NCBI GenBank assembly: GCA_973895155.1
Contig: OZ316898.1
Span: 5,629,079 to 5,693,078, forward strand
Source: Marsupella aquatica
Taxonomy: Eukaryota > Plantae > Marchantiophyta
Length of the DNA: 64,000 nt
Direction of reading: 5' to 3'
A program made the translations under genes and the position numbers. Under the pieces are notes generated by a model. That model did not search any database. It had not been told where the DNA came from and saw only the letters and a list, made by a program, of their open reading frames with translations. Below, one piece after another: positions 52,310-64,000 of this stretch (positions are counted from its first letter, which is position 1; each line of letters begins with the position of its first letter).

Positions 52310-53002
52310 GAAGGAATGATTCACGACCCAATATAGTACATGAAACGAGATCACTGGTTGCCATGACTACTCTCTGTACTTGTGGTGTCTTGAAGTTAGA
52401 AAATCAGGTTCGAGAATACTAATGTAAATTGGGGACTATTATTTTGTAGATCTCTCTTCATGAGGAAATGAGCTGAGCCGGCGAGCTTATGATAAGTGCT
52501 AGGTTGCGGGCTCCCATGCCATACTTGTCTCCACGAAGAAAATTTTCGGGTAGAATTTATTCCAATCCTAGCACGATTGCAAAGTGTCTGACCGCAGCGC
52601 TACGCTCCAAATTCGGAATTTGCTGTGATTTCCGAATCTCAATTGTTTTTTGGAATATTGGGGTGCTAAGAGTTTAAGTTCCTAGTAGCTTCCGAAGGAT
52701 GAAACCCAACCCACAAGCATAGTGTCACACATATCGCTGAACGACATCTCACGAACGACATTCTTGTACCCTTGCTCGCGAACGACATCTCGTATCCTTG
52801 CTTGAGAGTCCCAAATTAAAAGAAACGAATTATTTGATCACCCACAAAAATGCATTCCTGTTAACTCTTGTTTCCCGAGTGTGCATGTTCTTGTGCTAAG
52901 CATTGTAAGACACTCACTGAGAGCCGACACATTTGCATATCTGTGGGGTAATTTACAGTAATTTACAATCAAACTTACAAGCACAATTTCTGGGCACCTG
53001 GA

Positions 53003-56000
53003 CTATTTTGCATCGCTAGACTGATGCCGCAACATGGAGAGCCTCTGTTGGAGATCCAAATTTGAAAGACGCTCAGCCTCCAGAGCAATCTCCAGCTTTG
53101 ATCACATCGTGCAACACAATCTCCAACTCAGCCACATTTCGTGGTATAAATTCTTGAGCATGAATCTAGTGCTTGTCCCGTAATTATCACAGAACTTGAG
53201 TTGTCTTAAAAATATACAAATGATAGAAAAACAAATGTGATCACCACCAAACTTAACCGACAATTCTGTATGGGCTTACTCTGATACATCGAAAAAGAAA
53301 CCTAGTTCACTCAAACCCAGTAGATTTGGATGTCATTTTACCTTGGCTGTCCGTGAGCTCCATTCATCCAACATTGCCCGCACACGCTCATTTTCTTCAA
53401 TATACTGTTTCACGAGTCAAGATGTAAGTACTTATCATTTTCTATGCACGAAAACTTCCAATAATTAAGATTCCAGAATCCAGATCAGAGGCATTAGGGA
53501 CCCCTGGTGAGGATTGAATAAGGACATGGGAATACCAGAATTTGACGGTTGTGTAAAATTCTGGGAACGACTACAAGAAAGAAATCCTTGCCAGGTGCAT
53601 GCCAAAATCCAAGCATCAAGCAATGCATATAAAGAGAAAAAATTGTTTTAAACTGAACCTGATGATTGATGGCCTGAACGTGCTTGAACTCCGCGTCACG
53701 TTCTCCAATGACACTTCTTGATAGACGTAAATCAGCTAGTAGCTGATCACGCTGCATTGACAACGTGTTTCTTTCAATTGCACTTCATTCTCCAGTTAGG
53801 TCAATTTCAGTTAAAAGAAATCATTAGTTCCTTCCGCTGCTAGGGAATATCTAGGGCTTATCATCAATTAAAGACACGCATTCTTCGAGGGTGAATTCTT
53901 TCAAACATTATGCTGGGAAGAGAAATATCTTTGTAGTAATATTTAAGGTTTCTTGGTCTGATTCAACTGCACTCACTTCTGTGTAGACATGCTACCAAAT
54001 CGGAAAGCTCTCATTTCAAGTACAGAAACCTCGACGCATCTGAATCTGACCGAATTACCTCTGCGGTCACGGCTCGAAGTTCTTGCTCACGAGCAGACAA
54101 GAGATGCACAACATCCACCTGAAACCCAAGATTACAGATTTAGCTCGAGCCTGAAAGAAGTACATGACATTCAAAAATTTATAACCAACTATTTCATCTC
54201 CTCCCCCTCAAGAAGTTTCTTGGCCAAGACGAAGCCCTCCGCCAGGACGGTTAATTAGTTTACAAAATTGTAGAAGAAATGCAGACATAGGCGAAAGGAT
54301 ATAGAACAGATCCAGAGAATGTAGCTAAGTTTTATCCATAACGGCAAATATAGATTGTAAAACATTCAAAAAAAGGACAAGGACTACTCGCAGAACGTCA
54401 CCTGTGGAGTGTTGGGATTTCCATCGTGGGAGCGATCGAATTTACTAAGGGTTTCTTGAAGCCTCACAATCTGCACATATTTATTCAGTGCTCTGTGTTA
54501 ATAAAGTGCTATCCTCTTCTACTCAGGACCGCTGATCTACAAATAGTCAGCAAACGCAGAACCCAACAGGTAGTCGTGTACCTCAACACTTGGGATCGCC
54601 ATATTTATATAGCTTTCAATTCAGGACGCCGTAACTGATGTTGCACAATTTCAGGTCAAACTAGTGCTAAGAAATGGATCTATTGGATAGTTACTATCAT
54701 TGATTTTCTCTTGAAATGGTGACGTCAAATAGCTGGGAAGCATACTATATAACAGAAAGCGCAGAGGATATCCGTCAATTGAATGCTGTAGTACATTTAG
54801 ATGTTGTGCAATATAACAATTTACTGGATATCGATAACAGTCCAAGGGGGTTTCCAAGTGCCAACTATCAACAAATCGATGTCATATGTTTTTTCAAACA
54901 TGTTTCATTCCTCATTCGATCAGTACCTCCTCACTCAGATAACGTAGGTTATCCTGTTGATAATGTAGGAGCATTGATTGCTGCTCTGCTAGGCCTCCAT
55001 CATTGTACCTATTCAGAGAATTATCGTTTGTAAACATTGCACACGGAAACCATTTTCACAGATAAGACGATAATCTGACCTACATGAAGGTATTTCCACA
55101 TCCCAGATACACTGAATGATAACATCTCCGTTGCACATGACGACCCTTCTGGGAAGGCTAAAAGGTACTTACCTCACACTGGCCAGTGAGTCAGGAGGGT
55201 TTAAAGCAGAATACAGTGAGTCCATCACGTCAGGATGTCTTTCCACAGCATGATGTCGGTACACCTTTTCTGAAGAAAGACACCACAGTAAGTATGCAGT
55301 AGTTTTGCGCACAAGTCCAGCATCCTGCAACTGACTGTTGTCATTGTTCGAAATTGGAGATCTCAGTTCTACACTGCATTACTCAGAAACCTCAATGAAA
55401 AATGTAGAAGGGCGCAAACGGCATTACGAAGGTAAGCTCCAGTCAAGTATATTGTCAACCCTATTTCCAACAGCATAAGAGCCCTGCATTTGTTGCCATG
55501 AGACAAATTAGCAATAGTCCAAGATAGAACCTAGCATTTGGGCAGTCGATAACAACGTACCAGGATATGATTTAAGAGTACAAGACAAGCTTCTCAGAGG
55601 ATCAATAGCTATGGCATCATTTGAAAAAATAAGTAATGTCTCTGTGCCTTAACCATGTCCGCAAGGTCTACCCCAAATCAGCTGTTTTAGAGATAATATT
55701 AAAGGGGCGATATATCCGAATTCACCTTATCAGCAACAAAGGAGGTACATTGTCTTCCCACTCTTTTGGTTGCCAGACAACCACCAAGAGCACCCCTGTT
55801 GTCCCTGCAAGAAGAAAGCAAACCAGAACATCAGGAGGGAAATAGCCTTCAATAGTACATGTACATACAGGCTGAAAATAACTTAAAATGAGAAATAGTG
55901 AAGGAGTAAAACAACTGTTTGAGCAACTGATAGCCAAATAGACTTAAAATTCCAAAGCAGATCCTAATGTCAAGGCTTCCCTTACCAATCGAGAAAATAA

Positions 56001-57637
56001 AGAAAGGAAGATGGATGATCCAATCCAGGTCCTTGCAGAATTTTATGTAACCCTGTGACCAGGAAGACATTTTTTGCTGAGCCGAGCACTATCTCAACCT
56101 AATTTATTTTTATCTTCAGAAATATGCAAACCTCATCTCTGACTTTCAGCCGCCTAAACCATTCAGAACCTAACTATTTGCCGCCACTGGAGCAAAATCA
56201 AAGGAAGCTGATTCGTGAGAATCGCATGTTTTATCAACTTAAAACAGATTCCACAAGCCAAGCACGAGACCCAAGGGACGAAACATACCTGTCGCTGTTC
56301 TTTCTGTTGCTCAGCCACTAAGTGTCTCTGCAGTATACCTGCGCTCCAGAGCAAGTAAGCCTGAGTTGTTGTGAAAGTGTCTTTTGAACCCTTGCTGAAT
56401 TAACAACTTGGGACGTTTCAACATGTAATTTCATCGACGGTACAATCCTTCTCCAGCATACATATGACTACTTCGGAACCATGAAATGCCCAAGACCAAT
56501 CACTGCAAATGAGATATTCACCTACGAGCATGGTCTGCGTACCATGTAATTTCGAAAGAGCTGATTTGTTTTTTCTTTTCGAATAGGAGGAAAGAACTGT
56601 CACCTGTGATTGCCAGAAGAACTGCGTTACAGCTGCATGTAATTGACTTCACAAGATAACTGTGCGGTTGAGGCACCAATATAGCAGACGCTATGATAGA
56701 AGCGGCACAGATTGCCTGCAATACCATCGCAGGAAAGAAGCTCTTCTTAGAAATACCACATCCCACAGAATGTAACACAAACCATCAGGAAACCGAGATT
56801 GAAATCATGTAATTTTATAGAGGTCAGTTCATACCAGTAGAAGTAAGTATATAACAGCTCCAAGTATATTCGCCTTCTGTTTTACTTTGTATACCGGGAG
56901 TTCAGGAACTATATCCATAAACCTGCAATCCATCCATACAACCGGTATTCGGAGCATGAAAAGGAAACCCTAGCACCCTCACCGACCACTTCTTCTACTG
57001 CTATGAGGGCCCACCTCCAAATCCTGATGAAGTAGGTTTAAATTTCCATTAAGGGAAATAAGAGCCTGATGCGTGCATAGAGCTTCATTTACAATGACTG
57101 ATAACACGAATCCAAAAAAAGCCTCTTTCAATAATTTGTCCTAGTACCTCCTCTACCTCATTTTTAAAGAGAAACTTACAAGTCTTCATCAACTAACAAC
57201 AAATCCAAAACAAGTTAATCCAATCCTATCCAATTCAACTCTATCCAACTAAATCGAACCATATCAAATCAAATGCAACACAATTTTAAGATGTGGCTCC
57301 CAAGACTTTCACAACACTGAATGCTAGAGGAGCTCCGACGTTCAGTCCAACTATGTTTCACAGTTTGATTGATCCAAAAAGCATTATGATCGGGCAGACA
57401 AGGAGAGAGAGCAAAATCGAGGGGGGTGTGGCTGGGCAGAAGCTGTCCTCTTACTTACTGGTCATGACTGGGAACATCACTTGGAGCGCGCCGAGGGCCG
57501 GGCCCTGCCCCCGGCTGCTGCTGCCATCTGCCCAAAAGATTGGCCCGCTCCTCGTCCACGTTGCTGCTCTGCTGCCTCTTCAGGGACGGGTTCTTGCTAT
57601 CCCACAATAGAGGAACACTCTCCTCCCCGAATTCCAT
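53003..57637 (-). CDS. FIP1: TMEM192-family membrane/coiled-coil protein, homolog of Arabidopsis FRIGIDA-interacting protein 1
   Basis: At least 13 GT-AG exons, e.g. 57459-57637, 56835-56922, 56604-56715, 56289-56338, 55986-56052, 55726-55804 and last exon 53003-53095. Peptides FMDIVPELP, SCNAVLLAITGILQ, GYIKFCKDL..IIHLPF, PDVMDSLYSAL, LLHYQQDNLRYLSEE, EQELRAVTAE, YIEENERVRAMLDEWS, LEIALEAERLSN match the plant FIP1 pattern. The first exon is the least certain. Confidence 0.88.
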
Positions 57638-58084
57638 GAAGCTACGGCTACAAAATCATCGACGTTCCTTTCTCCCAATGCCAGTCTTCTTCTTCAGCAC
57701 ACCACCTTTCTACAGTAGACAAAAGAACCCACGAGCCTGAACGCCATCATTTCTGGTTTCCCTCCTTCCCAACGCTGATGAGGTGAGCTCTCCTTTCTCT
57801 CAGTGACAGGGGGGAATCGATTCAAGTTCGAAATCTCTGCTTAGACCGAATGGGGCTGTGCTTCTGCATCCATGTGGGCGAGCTTCTCCTTCCCCTACTC
57901 CCAATATACGGTTCCTTGTGCATCTTATTAGTTTAGATTTTCACCCAAGAAAGCCCAATGATGCCGGTTTGTTGCACGGTTAGCGAGGGCGAGGTGCAGA
58001 AGGCAAGGCTGAGGCACGGATGGCGAGACAGAGGGTACCACAGCAAACAAACAAACAGACAGTCCTGCTGCAAACAAACAGATA

Positions 58085-58550
58085 ATACTCAGCAAAAACA
58101 CATTTTTCCAGCAAACAGTTTCTTCCTGCCCACATGGACGTCTTACTACACTGTCCACTCCAATTAGTGTTGAACAATTAGTATGATACCAATATTAGAG
58201 TGAAAATATTAGAGTGACTCAGGCTAATTTCTTCCTGCCCACATGACATCTTACTACACTGTCCAGAGCAATTAGTGTGAGTGAACAATTAGTATGACAC
58301 CAATCAAACAGATAGTGTACTCTGTCAGCAAAAACACATTTTTCCAGTAAACAGTTTCTTCCTGCCCACATGGACGTCTTGGTACACTGTCCACCCCAAT
58401 TAGTGTGAGTGAACAATTAGTATGACACCAATATTACAGTGACTCATGCTAATTTATTCCTGCCCACATGACATCTTACTACACTCACATATTACTACAC
58501 TATCCAGAGCAATTAATGCGAGTGAACAATTAGTATGACACCAATATTAG
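58085..58550. repeat. Four-unit tandem array (~100-125 bp) upstream of the FIP1-like gene
   Basis: ttcctgcccacatg(g)ac(g/a)tcttactacactgtcca...aattagtgtgagtgaacaattagtatgacaccaat at about 58120, 58230, 58357 and 58457. Confidence 0.92.
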
Positions 58551-58734
58551 AGCAAACTAAAGTTTGGATGGACCTAGGGGTTTGCTGTGAAGCCCCCATG
58601 GATTTCCAAAGCTGGGATGACTTAGAACATGAAAATCTGCTCGGAGAGCACTCATTACAGGTTTGACTCATATGTGTCCTATAAACAGGTTCCTGACCGT
58701 GTAACTGGTTTCCATTAATATGTGTTGTAGTAAG

Positions 58735-59027
58735 TGTTAGGCATTGACTCGAGTTCTCGGTTTTTTAGTTAGTTTGGTCTTACTAGGATTAGTTGACCCT
58801 TGGTTAGTTTAGGATAAGATCCACTTATTTAGGCCCACACATCTTAGTCCCCCTTGGGGGGTATAGATTGGAGAGAGAGTATTCTCTCCCTCATTCTTCA
58901 CATGTTCTTTCTCATGAGCTATGGATCATTCAAGAGATTCTCCATCGTTGGTGTCTTGTAGGTGTAGTAAATTGTGTGCATTCTCATGTTCCGCATTGCT
59001 GCCTAGTCTGAGCTAATGGTTCCAACA
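58735..59027. mobile_element. Solo LTR, 293 bp, with a perfect 5-bp TSD
   Basis: GTAAG|TGTTAGG...GGTTCCAACA|GTAAG (TSD at 58730-58734 and 59028-59032). TGTT/AACA termini and an internal TATA-like gtatag followed by GA/CT-rich sequence. Confidence 0.85.
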
Positions 59028-62000
59028 GTAAGTCACAACTGGGCATCCTTCATAAAAGTGAAGTGTCCTTTTCCCAAAGTGGTAAGTTGGTGCTCATGCC
59101 CAATAACTGAGGGTGTTCTTCACAAAAGTGAGACGTCCATTGGAGGTTAGTTTATAATATTTTACCATCTTGGCACTCATTGGCAGTGGACAAAATGGTT
59201 TCAGAAAAATTGAGACTTTGTCAGGTAGTAGATTGGGCATCAGAGAAAATGCTGGAAAATGTGGAGTTGAAACAGACATCCAAAAAGTTGTTTAAATAAA
59301 TGAACAAGTTTGCTGAAAATTAGCATTTCACAGTTGGTCGAGACACCTGGAAAAACTACTTGGGGCGTCCTCCTCGAAAGTGAAGCGTCCTTCTAAAGAT
59401 AGCCCGACAATGTGGATTTGGGGTGTACATTGAAGGAGTGTGTGTTGAAGGATGGGCAAAACAAACCCCTCAGTCCATCCGGGCTTAACTTTCAATATTA
59501 GAGTGACTCATACTAATTTACAGGCTTAACTCTCAATATGAGAGTGACTCATACTAGCTTATGTAAACAAATAAATTCGATCAGGAATCACACTACTTGT
59601 GTATGTTAAGTCACACTATCCACAGGTAAATGAAAGTGATGAAAAATTACCAATTTCAGTCAAAAAGATACCAAAGGAGCATGTCAAATCTCACCCGAGC
59701 ATGTAGAATCAATTTCAGAGCCAGAGTCAGGCTTTATTTATAAAATATAATACACATCCTGACAAAAATGTCTCCCTATTATGCTCCCTACATTGCTAGT
59801 GAATGCCATAGGGTCTCAGTTTTATGCCCTCTCTTGTGTGTTGTGATTCTTCATGTGCACTCAATACTCAACGTGTGACTGACAGGAACACTACAATTAA
59901 TGTGACTGAAGTTTTTGAGGAGCTACTATGAGGAGTAATCTTTGGTAATTTGTACCCTTAGTTCTTCCTGAAAACTAGAGATATTATACAGGCTGGAAAG
60001 ATCTCTCTTAGACACTTCTAACGAGCCCAAGGACAATTATGTTGTATATCACTGATATTGAAGGTCAAAATTTGCTATTTGAATGTTTTTGGAAACGGGA
60101 ACAATGTCAATTAGTGAAGGTGTGAAAGGTGTCACTTGTCCATGTTGTTGGAATGCATGTTTTCTTGGCTCAGCCCATGGGAGCATAAATTCCTCTGAAA
60201 TCCTTCTTTGTGAATCTTACTTTGTAGTTTCATTGAAGATCATGGGCCAGAACCCCTTGCCATGCAGCCCCGCATGCAGCCTGGCCTGGGCATTCACTGA
60301 TTCAAATCCATGTGTAATTGGCTGGGTTAAGGCTGTAATTGCTCCCAAGCATAATCTTTTCAATATTCACTTGTCGGGTTTACACTAATTAAGTCATCCT
60401 CTCAGGGACACCCCCCCCCCTAGGGACACCCCCCCCCCCCCAGCTTGGATAATATCCTGATCTCAAACATTTTGCTTGGATAGGATTGCTAGCTGGAATG
60501 GGATCTATCTGAATGTGTATTAATTTTGTTTTCAAATTTGTACTAAAACTTCCCCAAAATATGATATTCTCTTTCAAGTATGGTAGATTCTGTCCAAGGG
60601 TGATTCTAAGTTAAAACTCCTGATGCAATAGGGTTTTTAACCACCACTCTCAATACAAAGTACTCTGGATAATCTGTAATACTAATTTCACATAGAGTAC
60701 AATTGTCTCCAGCATATCATATTTTTGGAAATTTTTAGTATCAGTATCATCTGGTTACTTTCACTACAATACAAGGGTGATCTATGGCTCAAACGTAGAT
60801 GTTGGTGCAATGTACATTTCAAAAGAACTGTATCCAAAAGTGGTTCATTTTTTAAGATATTACCAAAAAATATTTTTAGAATATGACGGTCCTATGATGG
60901 GAAGTGAGTTTATGAAGCTATTGTTGCTGCCATTCAGGTGCACAAGAGGAAAACCAGGCCCATGGTTTTGATCATGAAGATGTGCTCCATATTTGGAACA
61001 CGAGAAATGGAGCCATGTTTTCTCAATTTTTGAGGCGCCTTCCCGGTTGGGTTGTTTTACATCAAATTGAAACCCATCTCCGAACTATGATTGACATATG
61101 CCATTCTGAGAGGAAAAGGAAACAACTGCAACTTGCGATCAACCAAGTCCATGTTGTTTTTACCCGTGTTTTTAAGCCTTGGGAGAAAATTGAGAGCCCT
61201 CTAACCCTGAATTTTGATGATGCAGATGGTTGACAAACATCCCATCACTATGAAGTGGCATGACCCTAGACAGGACAGAAGTACCACCCACTGCACTAAG
61301 GATGTTAATCATGGGAGTAGCTCTTGTGACCTTAAAAGTTGGGACCAACCTAGTGGTAGCAATAGGAACAAGGCGGATAACAAGAGTAGGATGGTTATGA
61401 TTGATAATTCTAGACAGCCCAAGGATCTTTTGGATTTTCTGCCGCTTGGTAGAAGTAAACATAATACCAATAAGCCTGTTTGGAACACCACTGGGGGCAC
61501 CATTTGGTGGTTTCTTAGGTTCCTTGGCCTGACTAGTGGTTTGGGTGTTTTTCTTGCGGTTCTTTGACCCCAGGGTGCGCGGCTCCCTCTCTGTTTCCTT
61601 TGCTTGGGTGGCTTTCATCCCTTTGCCTGATATTGATGGGTTTTCGTGCCCCTTTTAAAAATAAATTTAAAAAAATAAAAATGATGGGAATTGAATGGAT
61701 GTGCATGCCATTGTGAATTGAGTTTCCTGACTGGTTAAGGGCTGCCTCTGTTTCTAAGCTGAGAAGGTGGCAAGCTAGTATTTTTGCCAAGCAAGGTGAC
61801 AGTAGAGTAATCCCCTGAAGTTTGTTTATCCTTTCCTCAAATTAAAATTCTAAAAGTTTCAGATTTACAATATTGCAATATCCAAACGGCTTTAGGGTTG
61901 AGGTTTATGGCATACCTCCCACTGTCGTAAGTGACTTGCCACCTGATCCTACTTGGCCCCACATGCACCAGAAAAAATACTAACCAGGATATGAAATGTT

Positions 62001-62923
62001 CACGTCAATGTGTAGTGCGTGGTTATTAAGTCACAATGGAATAAAGTATCTACCATGACACCCTTCCTCAAAAGCTATTCTATCATAGTTAAGTAAGTAC
62101 ACACATTGTAATTTTGAGTTTTAAAGCATTTTCTTAGTGATGTCATTTTTGTCTTTTCAGCAGTGAGGTATTCAGTACTCTCTTGCATCTGAGAGAAGTC
62201 GACTTCTGACAACAGAACATGTTGAATGTTCAGACTGGTTCTCTCAGCATTGGATACCGTCCTGCTTTTCAGATTCAACCCTGATTTGTATAAGTGCTCC
62301 TTTCAATACCGTGCTGCTACAGGCTGTGTAACAAAATCTGGGCTGTGGGAATCGTCTCAATAGAGCGTCTCGATCATAGTTTACAGTAGTTAACTAGCGA
62401 GTTATGGATTATGGACACAAATCTAATGTACTTTGAAGTCAGTGTTCCCCAGCTGTTATGGACACAATCCTGATGGACTTTGAAGTCAGTGTTCCACAGC
62501 TGTTTGTTCTTAACCGACATCCAAAAGACATGGCAGTAAGGATGCTTCATAGGCTAGGCACATAGAACTAAAAAACTCTCCTGACTACAAGAATAATTAG
62601 ATATGGTACGACCAGAACCTTTTTGCAGCATTGCTAGAGGAGTGAGACCCCTAATGTACCTCAGAAAAAAGTCCACAGTTATCCAAAATGTCTCTCAAGC
62701 CATTTGTAAATGTTCATCCTAGGTACTCTGCGTGCTCATGCGCTGCCATTTGTCATGGCAGAGCAAGTTTGCAAGTTCCTTAGCGCACAGAATTGGTACA
62801 ATAGCCCTGGTGAGTGGAGAATTACTTAAGCACAATCATCGTGGTTGCTAAGGAATGAGAGCATTGCTATGATTTCATCTCTGTACACATGAATGGTGCG
62901 CAATGATTTCCAGCTGGAGTTAT

Positions 62924-63060
62924 TGTTGGAACTTTCAACAGCATGGACCGGCTAGGAATTGAACTTAGGACCTCCCGTGTACATCGTAGTGCTCTACCAC
63001 TGAGCTACAGGCCCTTTGTGGCTGTATCCATCTTCATTCGAGTGTGGTTCATTTCCAACA
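62924..63060. mobile_element. 137-bp solo LTR containing a tRNA-derived cassette (Helenus-type TRIM LTR)
   Basis: GTTAT|TGTTGGAA...TTCCAACA|GTTAT: 8-bp inverted termini and a perfect 5-bp TSD, with a tRNA-like sequence inside on the minus strand. Confidence 0.88.
62944..63014 (-). ncRNA. tRNA-like (pseudo-tRNA) Pol III cassette inside the solo LTR
   Basis: GGGCCTGTAGCTCAGTGGTAGAGCACTACGATGTACACGGGAGGTCCTAAGTTCAATTCCTAGCCGGTCCA. A box TAGCTCAGTGG, B-box-like GTTCAATTCC, D stem GCTC/GAGC, partial acceptor stem; the anticodon arm does not pair properly. Confidence 0.75.
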
Positions 63061-63772
63061 GTTATTTAGTCAATTAGCATGAAGTTTTTCTCCTTTTGTA
63101 ACTTGACTAATAATTGACTGTCCAACATGTCTAGCATTTTTTTATACTACTGGAAGACCTGACTCACTTCTCATCTTTTGATTTCCAATGGGGACTTAAC
63201 ATGATTTCATATCAATCACACACGTGTTGCGCCATTGTTAGGAACCTGTGGCGATTCTATGTACACCAAGTGGTGTAAGTCAGAGTTTCCTTAGAGGCCA
63301 GCGCTGTAACAACGGTTTGTGCGTCAAGTGCTGTAAGTCAGAGTTTCTTCAAAGGCCCCAAGAGAGGACTAGAAAATGAGATGGGCATACATGGAGCGAC
63401 AAACTAAACCATGCAAAATAATGCTGGAATGCTGAAGTTTATCCTCCCCAATCCTTTGTTATCTAAAGGAGAGCTTTTACTCAGTGCAATATTCAGAGGA
63501 TAAGGCAGACAAAACAAATTTCAGACGACTCTAAAATTAGGTCAGTTGATATTTCTGCTAAGGATTATGTGTGACGTTACTTTACTTTAGTTACTTACTT
63601 CTCTATTTTTGAGTCATTTTGTAGCATTTAAAATAGTCCAATGGTAACTAATACAGTTACAGTGAAAAAATATGTTATCTCTTTCTTTATATTCTTTTTA
63701 TTTTTACGGTTAATAGTTACGGCATAGCGCCCCAAAACTTACCTTGCTTTGGCCACAAACAGGACAGAGTCC

Positions 63773-63935
63773 CTTTGGATTTACAAGAAACCTGCTCTGT
63801 CCTATTTGTCACCATCCTTGATGATGTGGCATGGCACCCCAAAAATTACTTTGCTTTTGTCACAAACAGGACAGAGTCCCTTTGGATTTACAAGAAACTT
63901 GCTCTATCCTATTTGTCACCATCTTGATGATATGG
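63773..63935. repeat. ~88-bp tandem duplication
   Basis: cacaaacaggacagagtccctttggatttacaagaaac.tgctct.tcctatttgtcaccatc.ttgatgat.tgg occurs twice. Confidence 0.9.
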
Positions 63936-64000
63936 TGCATCCTAGTGCCAGAGAATTTGCAAGAGACCTCTAATGGGGTCAGTTATTATTTGAAAACTCC

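Noticed and set aside
60777-61790. Short ORFs that might be a transposase remnant
   Set aside because: No catalytic or Zn-finger motif recognised; cannot be supported without a search.
62944-63014. Functional tRNA gene
   Set aside because: The anticodon stem does not pair, the acceptor and T stems have mismatches, and it lies inside a TSD-flanked LTR.

Overview
Eukaryotic land-plant nuclear DNA with GT-AG introns, most likely a liverwort or other bryophyte (inferred from a transposon-associated ORF family I associate with Marchantia-type genomes). Seven genes were reconstructed by hand: a 67-aa single-TM protein (+), a plastid HMA-like protein (+), the maltose exporter MEX1 (+), a TAXIMIN signalling peptide (+), an intronless F-box protein (-), a CofD/UPF0052 MEE18-like protein (+) and a TMEM192-family FIP1-like protein (-). 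The intergenic DNA holds transposon remnants: two solo LTRs with perfect 5-bp TSDs (one a 137-bp LTR built around a tRNA-like Pol III cassette), a ~3.65-kb TG..CA element carrying a broken ~600-codon ORF, and a TIR element. The most striking pattern is that six of the seven genes have their own, mutually unrelated tandem-repeat array just upstream of the promoter, and in at least one array the gene-proximal copies keep CpGs that are deaminated in distal copies. No prokaryotic features or true CRISPR arrays were found. All coordinates and family assignments come from manual reading and recall, not from searches.
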